Origin: Camelus dromedarius
Taxonomy: Eukaryota
Length of the DNA: 64,000 bases
Reading direction: 5' to 3'
Assembly (NCBI RefSeq): GCF_036321535.1
Contig: NC_087436.1
Location: 26,538,001-26,602,000 of the forward strand
Made by a program: the position numbers and the translations under genes. The notes below the pieces were generated by a model. It ran no database searches, was not told where the DNA came from, and saw nothing but the letters and a program-made list of their open reading frames with translations. This document shows positions 13,191-25,706 of this stretch, piece after piece; the stretch's first letter is position 1; each line of letters begins with the position of its first letter.

Positions 13191-13809
13191 TAATAGAGGA
13201 TTTGGAGCTTTTGGTCAAACTAATTGCCAAGGAGATAGTGGAGAAATCACACCGAGTGTCAGTGCAAGGAACACCTTTTCTAACAATCACTATGAAGCTC
13301 CTTTCTATTTTTTGAACAATTATGGATATTGGAGTGTCAGTCTCCATGGCCACTGTGACCTCTGTAAAGAACTTCTGAATATATGCAGACAAAATGAAAC
13401 TAAAGTAGTTATAGTTGGTTTTCATTGCTATCTATAACTGTAACTTTCCAGGCTAGTGAACTTCAAAAGGCCAAAATATAGACAAATCTAGTATTCTAAT
13501 ACCTGATTGATTTGTCCATCTTTACTAAAGACTCCCATCATCCTGCTTTATTTCTTTCAGAATTCTACTTTTTACTGTTCTTATTTTTTTGGCTGTTAGC
13601 TCACTTGCCTTCACACTAAAAAGATGAGATTCTGAGAAGAGTCAATGTCACGCTTACCTCCAATATTTTTAAAAAATTGACTTAAAGACAAATTCTAATC
13701 CACAGATTTAATAATTTTTGATATTTGGCTTTATTTGCTTTACCGCATATATTTCTCACTGCATCTATCACAAGGGTCTTAATATCCTCACAATCTCATT
13801 AAAATAGTC

Positions 13810-14210
13810 ACCAGTTGGTTAAGGCGGTGTTTGCCAGTTTCCTTCATTGTAACGTTACAATTTTTTCCTTCCTTACTGTATTTTTAGAAGCAAGTCACTA
13901 AGTGTAGAACACCCTGGGGGTGGGGGGTGGGGGGTTAGTGGGGTGGGGGGACAAGGGTGTACAGGGGACCACAGGGGCTGGTGACAGGAATTAAGATCCA
14001 CCTCCTGTAAGGTACACTATTTACATATACTCTTTGTCATTCTTTTGTACAAGAGATTTGTCCATCGATTTACTTATTCAATCACTTATTAATGTCAATA
14101 TGGACTTGTGACTATTTCTTTTATATTTCGGGTTATAATCCAGAACTGCCTGATTAATTTTCTAACCTGGGTCATTCTAGCTTTTGTCATTGAGAGCTCT
14201 TTCAGCAAAC
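13810..14210 (-). mobile_element. L1MC-type fragment containing a G-rich tract
   Basis: Homologous to 10.75-11.1 kb (AAGTCACTAAGTGTAG, ATATGGACTT, GGTTATAATCCAG). Confidence 0.65.
13916..13958 (+). repeat. G-run low-complexity tract (G-quadruplex potential)
   Basis: GGGGGTGGGGGGTGGGGGGTTAGTGGGGTGGGGGGACAAGGG: five runs of 4 or more G with 1-5 nt loops. Confidence 0.8.
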
Positions 14211-17200
14211 CAGCTTTTTTGATAGTCATTTTTTATGTTTCCCTTGATCTTCATCCTCCCTTTTCCCCAAATCTTATATCTACAGCATCTCATAGGATAG
14301 AAGTTCAGTTTGAACTATTGACCATCATTATGACATACAACTAAGAAGAATACTCTTCAGTTCTGTATTTATAATTTTGTAAACCTATTTCCCATTATTT
14401 GATTTCTCCAACAAATTAATCTGACTTATGAGGTATTATTAAAATATATTTACTATGGTGAAAATTAGAACTCATAGAATATAAAAAATAAGCTATCAAG
14501 CCATCTGTTGGAGAAATCTTGATACTTAAAACGACTTTCTGTTCCCTGACATTTATACATTTCTCCCATCTCTCATGTGTTGCTCTAAATATGACAGCTG
14601 CCATGGGTGATTAGATTCCTCATCTGCAAAATCTAAATTTCATGCTTAATATATCATATTATCCAAAATAATATATAGTCATAGAAAGGTTATCTATATT
14701 TATAGCTAGATATATTTGTATATTGGCAGCTTATATGCCACCACAGTGCAAAAGAAGCCTCAATGTGTCAGTTGCATTTGACAGAGGACTTACTTATTGC
14801 TTTAATTTTTCAAAAGGGGCATGATTATCTTTATATACTTTTATCTAATTTTAAGTTGCCTACTCAGTGTCAAGTAGCATTTTTTTAAAGTATTGTTTTC
14901 AAGGAAAAAGATGTTTAATATGATGGCTTTTGGTTGGAATTTAGCAAAGAACATATTGACAAAAACAAGGCTGAACCTATCCCCATAGCTTATCTGCTTT
15001 TTCAGTGGTTTTGTATATAGTCTTTGTGTATTACATATGAAAAATAGAGATGTAAAGTGGTATAATGGAATGGCACAAACTTTAGAATTCTAGCTCCACT
15101 ACTTAATATTTTTCATCTGTATAAAATAAACAATAATCTTTTAACAAGGTCATTATAGTAATCAAATACATTTAAATGACTACTTAGTGTTTTTATTTAG
15201 TAGTCTGTGGAACAGTGGTAAGTTGTATTTAACTTTTTTATGTGTTAAAATATATGCATTTATTTTCTCTAAAAATTAAACAGATTAAAGTCATTTTAAT
15301 GAGTATTCTGTAATTATTCCAGATGGTAAGTCAAACCATACATGATCATTTGTTGAACAAAATCCCCCCAGGCAATAAACCCTTTGTCTAGTGATTGGGG
15401 ATTGTCCCAGCCTTGAACCCACTTGTCTGTTGCCATCTCCCTGCTCCTTTCCATAGGATTTAGTACCTATCCTCTCAGTTTTGCTTTAAATGGAGAGAGT
15501 CAGGGGAGGTGAAGAAGAAGTACAAACAGTGATATTTACAAATATATTTATTTCCTAATGCTTCTCCAATAAAATCAAACACATTTTTAGTAGGGTAGAC
15601 TCACGCCCCTCTGGAATACACAGACTCAGTCTTATGCTGTAACTTTGCGACTTCTTTTCCCAAATAAGGCGTATCTTAAAATTCATTTTCTTTTGATATT
15701 TCTTCTGGAAAGTGACAGAGAGGCTATGGAGCACATAGTGAACTCATGCTCTGTGATCTTTAATCCCTAGGTGTGGCTCTTTCATTTTTCCTAGTGTTCC
15801 ACGCTTGTAAGTTGCATCTTTGGAAGCGACACGAATTATCAGAGTTAATGGAATATAAATAGGTAAGAAATCATCTCTCAATGAATTTGATTGTCTCAAA
15901 TCCTAGAAGGAGCAGTATTGTTTCCAAGGGTGTATAAAATTACTGAGGGCTATTTTAAACAGTGTGAAAATGCAAAATCATCATAATAACACTCACTGTT
16001 GCCCACACACACTTGCTATATTATTTCCTGAACCTAATGAATATGTATACTTTTTTTGCATATCATATGTCCGTTCTACTTAAAATACTTTTCAAGTTAT
16101 TGGAGAACATCAAATATTGTGTAGAATATCAATGGCTACACAATTTACTTACTACCAGGCACATGATTTAGGCACCATGGCAAATACGTATTTACCTAGC
16201 TACAAACTGAAGAAAATATTTTTAGCTATTAGATTAGTTATAACTAAATACATAGTTACACTTAAAAATGAATCCTGAGCATGAGAAAGGTAATCTGCAC
16301 AAGCTAAATTATACAATAGCAACACGTTTCCCTTTGCTTTATGATACATAACATACTTTGTTATATATACTGAATATGTCAAAAAGTCTTTTCTACTTTT
16401 TTTCACATAGGCAATGTGAAAAAGAAAAGAAAAACTGACATTATAGCTAATCTTCACAGGTTCTGATAATTTACTTAGGTATACTTCTATCTAGATCATA
16501 TATTTTATGTAATAGCTTCTTTGGCTTTAATCACAATTTTGTGTGGAAGGGAGAAGAGTCTTTCAATAATATCAAATTATAAGCAGTTTATAAATAGCAA
16601 TACATAAAGGCTCTTGTTTTCATTTGTCTGCTCATATTTATTAATATATAATTATAATCTTCATTTCATGATAGTTTATATGTTTTCTTATGAAAACAAA
16701 TATTATAAACATATCAAAAATTACTAAAGAAAATAGAAGTCAATTCTATAATCAAAATATTAGAATGCAGTTTAAGCTAGATAATAATATTAAAATAATC
16801 AATACAGCAAAGTATATAGTACCCACTTTATTCAACTGTATGTAAAGCACAAATTCTGTACTTTTTTCAAAAAAAGAAGACAATCGTTACTTTGACTAAA
16901 CATCCAGGATGTTTAAGATTGATCTTCACTTTAATTATTTTCTTCAGAATACCAATAGGAGCACTAATACTTCATATAAATCCATAGATTTTGTGGTGGT
17001 TTTAAAAAATTGTTATTAGAAAACTGAAACTAAAGAAATAAGAGATTCACAATTATTTATACCCTCCAATATCATACACTTTAAATTTATACTAGTGTGT
17101 GACTATAATAGAAAGTTTTGTTATAATTCTTCTGCTAAAAGACTTCATTGTTTTGCTGGGAAAAGAAGACTTGAATTCATATACTAATCTGTAAATACTG

Positions 17201-18349
17201 GAGTTAAGTGTATCATCCATCAGAAGATAATTTAAGAAGTTCAGGGAGAAGGTGATCAATGTAGTCTCTTGTTCTGGGTAGGAAAGTAAGACCAGCCAGG
17301 GTAGAAAAGGGTATCATTGTTGGGCAGTAAAGTGAGATGAGGTTGACAGGGAGATGTAGCCACATTAAATTTTGCCTGATATAATATAGAATGGAATGGT
17401 GATACATTTGAATATTAAATTTATCAACATGAGCAAAAAGACTAAAGATTAATTAGATATGAAATATTAATTCAGATCTGACTTTTCTAAGAAATTAAAT
17501 TCATTTTAGGAATGAGGTCTAAATGATTTCCAATGTCTAAAAAGCTTTAAAGACCATATTAGCAAAAACCTATAGAGAATCTTTCTCAGTGCTTATAACT
17601 TTTAATTTTTTCCCCTGTTTTTATTGAAAGTTTTGTTTTATATATATTCTAAAACTGTTTCTACAATATACTTCTGGAAAAATTGACTTCTACCTGTGTT
17701 TTAATTAATTACTTAAATTAATTAATGTATCAAAGGAAAATGCTCTGAATACTTGTTGAGCAAAACTTCTAGTGTTGGAAATCAGAGGAGCTTATTTATT
17801 TCAAAAGTAAATTTTCCACTTTTGAGACCCCTGGAATCTGTGTACAGTAGAAGCTACTTTAAGTAATTTCTTCCTAAACAATTATATGGTTTAACTGATA
17901 CACTCTATTGACTCCGTACAAACGCTGACTCATGCTATAGAATGTTCACCCCTCGTAACAAACTGCCTGATTTTTAATGCCATGAACCAGTTGTTTATTT
18001 CCAAAACCCTTTATGCCAAAATTACTTATTGTTATTATAAAAAATTTAATAAATGTTATAGAAAAGGATACAATAGAAGAAAATACATGATCTCATTACT
18101 TTTCTAAAGAGTGTATTTGTAAAGATTTGATAAAAGTAGGTCACTAAAAATTGTTATCTATGTTTTTAAAGACTTTAAAATTTCAAAAATTCTAACACCT
18201 AAAAGAATTCTGCAAAACAGATTATTTCTCTTCTGTCTATAGTATAGTTCTCTCATTTTACTGTAAGGTAACTGTAATTGGAGAACATATTTCTATGATA
18301 TATGCCAGAAATAAAAGAACTCCATATTTTAGATATTTATTTAAAAAAA

Positions 18350-20450
18350 AAAAAGACCTTAAATCTCATGACAACTGGATAGCTATTTGATAAAAGATAA
18401 GATGGATTTTTTTCCCTTCCCACTCTAGGATAAATTCCAAATTGATTAGACAACAAAATGTAAGAAACAGAAATATATATGAACTAGAAGAAAATTGGTG
18501 TGAAGTTCTTAATGGGATAAAATGATAAGAAAAGCACAATAAGGTTAGTCAAAACCAAACAGCAACTGGGAAATAATATTTCCAATTTATAAGACACAGA
18601 GTTTATATTCCTATCAATATTAAGGAATAAAGAGCAACCTATAGCATAATAAATAAATGACATAAACTAGAGATAAACAATATATTCACTGAGAAAAAAA
18701 ATTCTTTAACATAAAAAAAATTGCTCCTTCTCACACATAATAAGGGAAGAACAAACATCTCTGTCTCATCAGATTGGTAAAATTCTAAAAGCATGACAAA
18801 ATATTTTGGTAATGAAGCTGTGGAGAAATGTAGTCTCATATATATACTGCTTATATATACTGGGGAAAAAAAGGCATTACAGGTATGGAGGAACAGTCAG
18901 TAACAACAGCAAAATGACACACTGAATGTACTCTATGATTCCACTTCAGGAATCTATCACCAAGATACATTGACAAACATATTAAATGACTTAAACCCAT
19001 TGTGATATTCTTAAGAGCAAACTACTGAAAACAACTTAGTGTCCTTCAGTAGGAAGTGGTGTTCATTAAATCCTGTATATAATGCAGTAGGACACCCTGT
19101 AACCCTAAAAAAGAATACATATAATCTTTATACAGTGGTATAATGTGATTTTTATGATATACAGACATACTTCATTTTATTGCATTTTAGAGATAACTAC
19201 ATTTTTTAAAGAAAACTGAATGTGGCAACCTTGTATCAAGCAAGTCTATTGGTACCATTTTTTTCCAACAGTCCTTGCTTACTTCTTGTCTGCCACATTT
19301 TGGTAATTTTTGCAATATTTCAAGCTTTCTCATTATTATTATATTTGTTAAGGTGATCTGTGTTCAGTGATCTCTGATGTTTCTACTACATCTCGCTGAA
19401 GGCTCAGATGATGGTTAGAAATTTTTGGTAATAAAGCGGTTTTTAATTAAGGTACATACATTTATTTTTCAGACATAGTACCATTGCATGCTTAATAGAC
19501 TACAATATAGTGTAAAGATAACTTTTATATGCACTGAGAAACCAAAAAATTCCTGTGATTTGCTTTATTTCAATATTTACTTTATTGCACTGGTTTGGAA
19601 CCAAACTCACAGTATTTCTGAGGTATGCCTGTACTTATGTGTGAAAAAGGCACAATATTGAATAGTGTATATAATTTCTTTCCAGTTATCTCTATGGGGA
19701 GAAAAAGTAAAAATGGGGGAGACAGGAGTAAAGGCAAGCTTTTATCCAAATATCTTGTTACATAGATTGTAATTTGCAACCTTTTCATATTCTTACATAA
19801 TCAAATAAAACTGAATCAGAAAGTAAAAATTTCCTAAAATCAAAACTAATGAAACTAATTATATATCATGGTTGATTTAAAATGTATTTTCTCTTAAGGT
19901 TAATTCATAACATGTTAGATTTTTCTATTCAAACTTAGAGAAATAATGTATTTCAAGGAAAAGCTGAACTGCAAAGAATTCTTGAAATTCATTCAGCTTT
20001 CTTATTTTATTAGCAATGCTGGTGTTATTACATTGAAACTAATTTATTTATAATTGGATAAAGCAAAAAGTAATAACATTAACTTTATCTTGAAACCAAA
20101 ATTTTCAGTAAAAGAGAAAATAAACATACATTTAAAAGAAAACAGATCAGATAAATATCCAGTGGTAGAAAATTTAAATTGGAGATACATTATGAATACA
20201 TACATTTGTTTTGTTTCTAAAGTAAATTTTTGCTAGCTCTGTCTCTTGAAAATCCCAAGAAGTGGCCACCACTGAGTGGCATCTGGATTGTGACTTCTCT
20301 AAATACCTTTCACTGATAAAAAGAGCAGCAAAAGCTGCATGAGGAAATATAGATTAGCTGAAACATCTTACTGTGCCAAAAAAGAAGGATGCTATCAAAA
20401 AAAGAAAAAGTTTACATTGAAAGAAAACAGGCAATAGATGAAATACTTTG
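18350..20450 (+). mobile_element. Highly degraded L1M (L1ME/MD-like) ORF2 end and 3' region, split by a Tigger MITE
   Basis: A-rich; ACAACTGGATAGCTATTTG, CATCAGATTGGTAAAATT, GAAGCTGTGGAGAAATG, ATTCCACTTCAGGAATCTATC resemble L1 ORF2 C-terminal DNA; boundaries approximate. Confidence 0.6.
19162..19631 (+). mobile_element. Tigger1-derived non-autonomous DNA transposon (Tigger1a-like MITE)
   Basis: Terminal inverted repeats CAGACATACTTC...GAGGTATGCCTG with TA target duplications (19160-61, 19632-33); internal Tigger1 motifs GTGGCAACCTTG, GCTGAAGGCTCAGATGATGGTTAG and TTAATAGACTACAATATAGTGTAAA. Confidence 0.92.
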
Positions 20451-20555
20451 GGCTCTCTACAAAAAATGTTTTCGAGAAAATGTTAAATATCCACATAGTA
20501 GTTTTATATAGAAACTTCAGTTCATCTAACCAAAAGAGGAACTCATGGTACTCAC

Positions 20556-20622
20556 CATTTGGCCTTTAATCCAGGCCTAACCACCCCAATCCCCACCCCG
20601 ACTCCCCTCACTTCCCCACCAC
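20556..20622 (-). other. Candidate internal exon (67 nt) of a minus-strand transcript
   Basis: Acceptor TTTTTCTCCAACTCTATTTTCCAG| and donor ATG|GTGAGT; splice signals only, no transcript evidence. Confidence 0.35.
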
Positions 20623-20854
20623 CTGGAAAATAGAGTTGGAGAAAAATGCAATTATCTCTATTGTTTTTTCTTTCTTAAGTATTTTATTTATTTCTTCTAC
20701 ATGGGTCTTCCTGTATTTCTAGTACACAGTTTCCTTCAGCAATGCATTTTATTATTAATTCACTCATCATGGCTTTTGGCTACTTCTCACTGGAAACAGA
20801 ACAACAAATTTATGCATGGCTGATAATTTAAATTTAGTATCAAGGAAGTAACGG

Positions 20855-21075
20855 CCAATAACAACAGTTAAACATATTCAGCACTTCTTACGTGCACTGC
20901 TTTAAAGCTTATAATTTTAATGCTCAGAGAAATTCTAGAAGGTCAATTCTGTTATGACTCCCATTTTACACTTGAAAAAAATTATGCAAAAATGAGAAAT
21001 CTTGACCAGGTTAGGGTCAGTAGCTGAGCCAGAAGATACACCCAGACAGTAGGGCACTGGAGTTCATGCTCAGGA
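20855..21075 (-). mobile_element. MIR SINE (degraded)
   Basis: Core-like CCCATTTTACACTTGAAAAAA with flanking MIR-like sequence. Confidence 0.55.
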
Positions 21076-22574
21076 CCAGTCTTCAGAGCCTATTTTTTGT
21101 AGTTACCTGATTCCCTCAGCTCTCTTCCAGAAGAGAATTGTTTCACTCACTCGCATATTTGCTTCTGTTTAACTTGATGAATATTAAAAACCCATTTCAT
21201 ATAATTGCCTCATAAAAATTGAGTATGAATAAAAATAATTAATGCATACTTTGTCATCTTAAATTGTTAATGATTTGTCATTATTAAAATTTGCTATTCT
21301 TTGTTAAGGGACCCTTTGATGGTCATTATACATCTTTTTTAGTCAATTTAAGAATACATGTGTTAAAAGTGTAGTGCTCTCCACATAAAAAGATGCTTTC
21401 AGGTGCTACTAACTAATGGAGTCTTATTTTTCCCCAGTTCTCTATTTTAAAACAAATTAAAACATTATTTTAATAGATATAGATGGTAGATATTGCCTCT
21501 TTATGGTATACTTTAACAATATGTAACATTCACAAAATTTACAGAGCATAAAAAGTTTTCTCTTATCATTTGAAAGGTTTCTAATTTATCCTTTTTATTA
21601 AATCTTCAAAAAAGCTAAAAATTAAAAATGTGAAATTTGTAAATTAACCTGCATTAAAGACAACTTTAAATTCTTCGCATTGGAGAGTAGTGTATTAACA
21701 CATACTTGGAAGCAAATTAAACAGTGTGTAGCAAAACCATTACATAACTATTTATAGAACAATCTTAACAATTAGGTGAAGTTAAAGAGTGCTATACAGA
21801 GCGCTGAATAAATTTACCTCATTGAGGTATGATAGGTTATTTTAAACATACTATCAATGGCAAAAAAAAAAAAAAAAGCTTTTGGAAAAATGGTCTTTTC
21901 ATTTTTAGCTCCAGTGGGAGAATGTACTTGTAAGTAATTCTATTTAAAATAGCCTATTTGTGATAATTTATTTAAATAAGAATATGTGGAGTAATCAATT
22001 TTAGAATGGGCTCTTAAGGCAACTTATTTCCTTATAAAGATATTTCACAAGAGACTTTATGTATATAAGTTGATTTTATAGTAGGAAAGAGGTGATATAT
22101 TACTTCTCTTTATATTTGTGAATCTATGCAATAATAATGAAATACAACTTGAATTTATATTGTATTTTTATTGGACTTTGACAAATATAATTTATGTTAA
22201 CAAATGGTAACTTATAAACAGGAAAATATTATCTTAAACTGCTTATTTTCTGTATTCATGTGCACACACACTCAGATAAAAATGAGGCCACTTGAACACA
22301 TGAATTTAATTATCTATCGTTATTACTACAGTCATCTATCTAACACTAAATTCCCATATGCCATGCATACTTACCCCAGAAGGAAAATGTTGCTATTTCT
22401 AATTTGTGGCATTTTTAATTTGTCTGATTAACATTTGCCTCCTTTGAATTATAAACAAGTTTTAATAATAACCTTATGATTAGTGAATGACTTTTCCTAA
22501 CTCTAAATGGGAATGAAATAGAATGTAGATGTCAAGTACATTAGAATATGACCTCTAGCTAATTAAATTAAATC

Positions 22575-22770
22575 AGCTAACATTTTTGAGCAAATTTCCA
22601 AAGAACTCTCATATACTTTATCTCACATGATAGTTGCAGAAACCCTGGGAGGTTTCTGTTACTGTTCTCACCTCCATTTTACAGATGGGAAAAATGAATT
22701 TCAGAGAGTACATGAGTTGCTCAAGGTCATATAGTAATAACTTGGATTCAGACTAAGTTCAGATTCTATG
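22575..22770 (-). mobile_element. MIR SINE
   Basis: CCATTTTACAGATGGGAAAAATGAATTTCAGAGAG...TTGCTCAAGGTCATATAG core. Confidence 0.75.
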
Positions 22771-22975
22771 TGCGGTTTTTTTTTCTTTTCTTTTCCTATT
22801 ATTCTACTGCAACTCTTCATTATAAGTAAATGTTTTATTATTGGAAAAATATAAGCTTGATCATTAATAGATAGCATTCTCAGTTTAACACCTTTCCTTC
22901 AAAAACAGATGTGGTATTTGTTGATAAAAAATGTCACTATGTAAAATGTGTTACTGAATTTTTAAACAGAACATC

Positions 22976-23439
22976 TGTATGGTCAGGCCACTCAAGATGG
23001 TCTCTTACTGTCTGTCCATCCCCTGCTCAACCAGTGCCTGCTTCACATGCACCTTACTCACAGGACTGACCTTCCTACACACTTGCCCCAGCTAGTGATC
23101 TTTCTAACTTTAGATCAGAACTCTCCAATATGCTTATCAAAAGGGAAGGTGAGGGGCACGCCCCTCTGCTGCTTTCCCTGGTAACAGATGAGCCAACCAG
23201 AGGTCAATTCCCCGTATAGCTGCTAACCCCCTACTCCGACCAAGAGCAAAGACTACCACCTTGTCCTGCCTTGCTGTCTGCCGCACACAGTGGGGTATCA
23301 TACCAGGACCTTGCTTCAGACATGTAGGCACCCCTATCCATTAAACCACTGATGTCTCTGTTGCTGACTCCAGGCTCTTTCCTTGGTCTTGAAGCTGGGT
23401 AAGCACAGGCCTTGCAGGCCAGCATGGTGCAGCCCCACA
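22976..23439 (+). mobile_element. Solo LTR (464 bp) with perfect 5-bp TSD, family unassigned
   Basis: TG...CA termini, TSD ACATC at 22971-22975 and 23440-23444, ATTAAA poly(A) signal at 23340, GC-richer than its flanks. Confidence 0.85.
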
Positions 23440-24899
23440 ACATCCAATCAGTTTTCTTCTACCATCCTCATCAGAGTGTTGCCTCCAATGTAATTCTGAA
23501 TCTCTATTACTGCTGATGTATATATTATACATTTTGAGAGATAGACTATATGTGAATTAGTGGATATACAAATTATATGTAAATAAATGTACATGTGTAA
23601 ATTATAGGTTATCATATAATTAAATATATATAATTTATTTATAATTATATATAATTTATTTATAAACCCTTTAAATTAGGACTTATTTTATATAAACAAG
23701 ATGCTGTAGAGGACAAGTGATATTTAAGATCCAGCATTTACCACATTCCTTTTAATCAATTTTATCACATAACACTTTGTCATTCCTGTAAATGAATAAA
23801 GCAAAAGAGCTACCTAGAGCTAGTAATTAACTAGTACAGCTAAACTGGTGAAAAACTGACATGTGAGTGCTAGGAGATACTGTAACTAGTCGTTCAAATC
23901 CCATATAAGCAACATGAAAAATACACTGCTGGAGTCACAAGCCACACTGCCATGCCCTATTTCCAGGAGAAGCTCAAGCAGACCGAAATGCCTGGGAACT
24001 TAATAACCACATGCAGACATTCTCAGGTAGGTCACTACTTCACTACTTCTGTCATTTATACTTGTAACATGACCTGGAATAGCAAAGTTATGTAAAAAAG
24101 TTGTATTTTATACAGAAAAGTCAAATCATAAAATAAATCAGAGTACTTCAAATCCCTGGGTAAATTTGAAGTCCAATGTGGAAAAAAATTATGTCATTGA
24201 AACAGGGTTTTTGATATTTGGGATGATTTCCTGATAATATATTATTTGCTTTATAGAGCTATAGGGAACATTCTTGATCAAAGTGGCAATTGAAAGCAGT
24301 AACAATGGGCTATGCTCTGTGGAAGGCTGCACCTAACTTGTGAATTATTTCTCTTCCTATGAGATTTTGGAGAATAGATACCTTTGAAGCATATATTGTC
24401 ACCTACCAATAAAATTCAAAACAAACCATAACACGAGAGTCTCTTTATATATTTCATGAAAATTAGGATAAAAAGAAAGAGTATTTAATTCATGATAGTC
24501 AACACGGATTATTTTTATTTAATCAATTTTATTTCTATTATTGATGTAAAAAATACAGATGGTGAAAGCCATGATTATAGAAAACCTGCAAAAAAAATCA
24601 TCCCACACGTCCCTTTCGGAATCACAGTTCCACTATCCCTCTGTAGAAGCAATGATTTTTAAATGTCTACATTTGAGGTTCTCTTGTTTTTCGCAACAAT
24701 ATTGTCATTTTTTTATACAAGCATTTCTTGAAATATGAGTATTAACATTTGTTACTACTTTCTATGACAGATGAAAATGAGAACACATGGAATTCACTTC
24801 AAGTCACCTCGCTTTAATTTCAGGTTATAGTTGATCATTTTAGTCATTTTTATCATCAAGTAATATTCTGGAATTTAAATTAATATTTCATTAATTCAT

Positions 24900-25220
24900 A
24901 CTTTTATTTACTGTATTATAAAAACTTTATAAAAATATACAAAACAGCAAAAACCAGAGCAAAATGACTAAGTGTATTTAAACTCATCACATAGGCTTAG
25001 CTAATAGAATATTTTTCTATATATGCTATATCTATTTATATACTTGAGCTGAATTATTTTAAATTGTTGATGTTATATTTCACCTTTGTATACCAATGAT
25101 GTTTTCCTTGAAACTAAGATATTTTCTTACATAACCATAATGTTATTTTCATATTTAAGAAAATGATTTTCTATATAATATCGAGTCCATCTTTAAATCT
25201 GTTAAATTTCCATCAATTTC
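24900..25220 (-). mobile_element. Old L1MC-like fragment
   Basis: GATATTTTCTTACATAACCATAAT...AGTCCATCTTTAAAT resembles the L1MC4/5 3' region. Confidence 0.5.
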
Positions 25221-25239
25221 CGATACCTTTTTTTTTTCT

Positions 25240-25547
25240 CAATATGGCGGGCCTGCACTAGCTCCCAGCCAAAGGGCGTGCACCTGGCTGGTGTTGACAC
25301 CAGGCAGCGTGCTCTTGCAGCTACGTTAGCAGCAGGTGAGGGCTAGGATTAGCCTTAGCTCCTGAAGCTGCGTCAGCAGCAGGGCCGCCCACTACGCGTG
25401 CAGGCCCACGAGCCCCGCCCACCCCGTACCCAGCAACTGCGCGTGCTCACGGCCCGCGCGTGCTCACGGCTGCTCCTGCCAGACGCCGGTCCGCGCCGCT
25501 CTGCCCGGTTCTGTTGCCGCCTTAGCTGTCTATGACCACTGTTCAAG
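25240..25547 (+). promoter_or_regulatory. Small CpG island: putative promoter and first exon
   Basis: Only CpG-dense segment in the window. Contains YY1-like AATATGGCGG, GC boxes (GGCCGCCC, CCCCGCCC), five GCGTGC motifs and a 15-bp direct repeat. Ends at donor CAAG|GTAAGA (25547/25548), after which CpG density drops. Confidence 0.75.
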
Positions 25548-25706
25548 GTAAGAATATTAACGCACCTTTCTTCCCTCTCTTTTCCCAACTTTCTCTCTCC
25601 TACCATCTATTCTTTATACTTAAACTCACCATAATTAGGTTTTTCTGCTTTGTCTACTGTTTGCCTATAAATTTAAAGCGAAATTATGGTAAAGAAAAAT
25701 GGACTC

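Noticed and set aside
15320..15331. CAG|ATG|GTAAGT as a 3-nt microexon
   Set aside because: Isolated signal with a weak pyrimidine tract and no supporting gene model.
23605..23665. AT-only duplicated, quasi-palindromic tract
   Set aside because: Ordinary low-complexity slippage.
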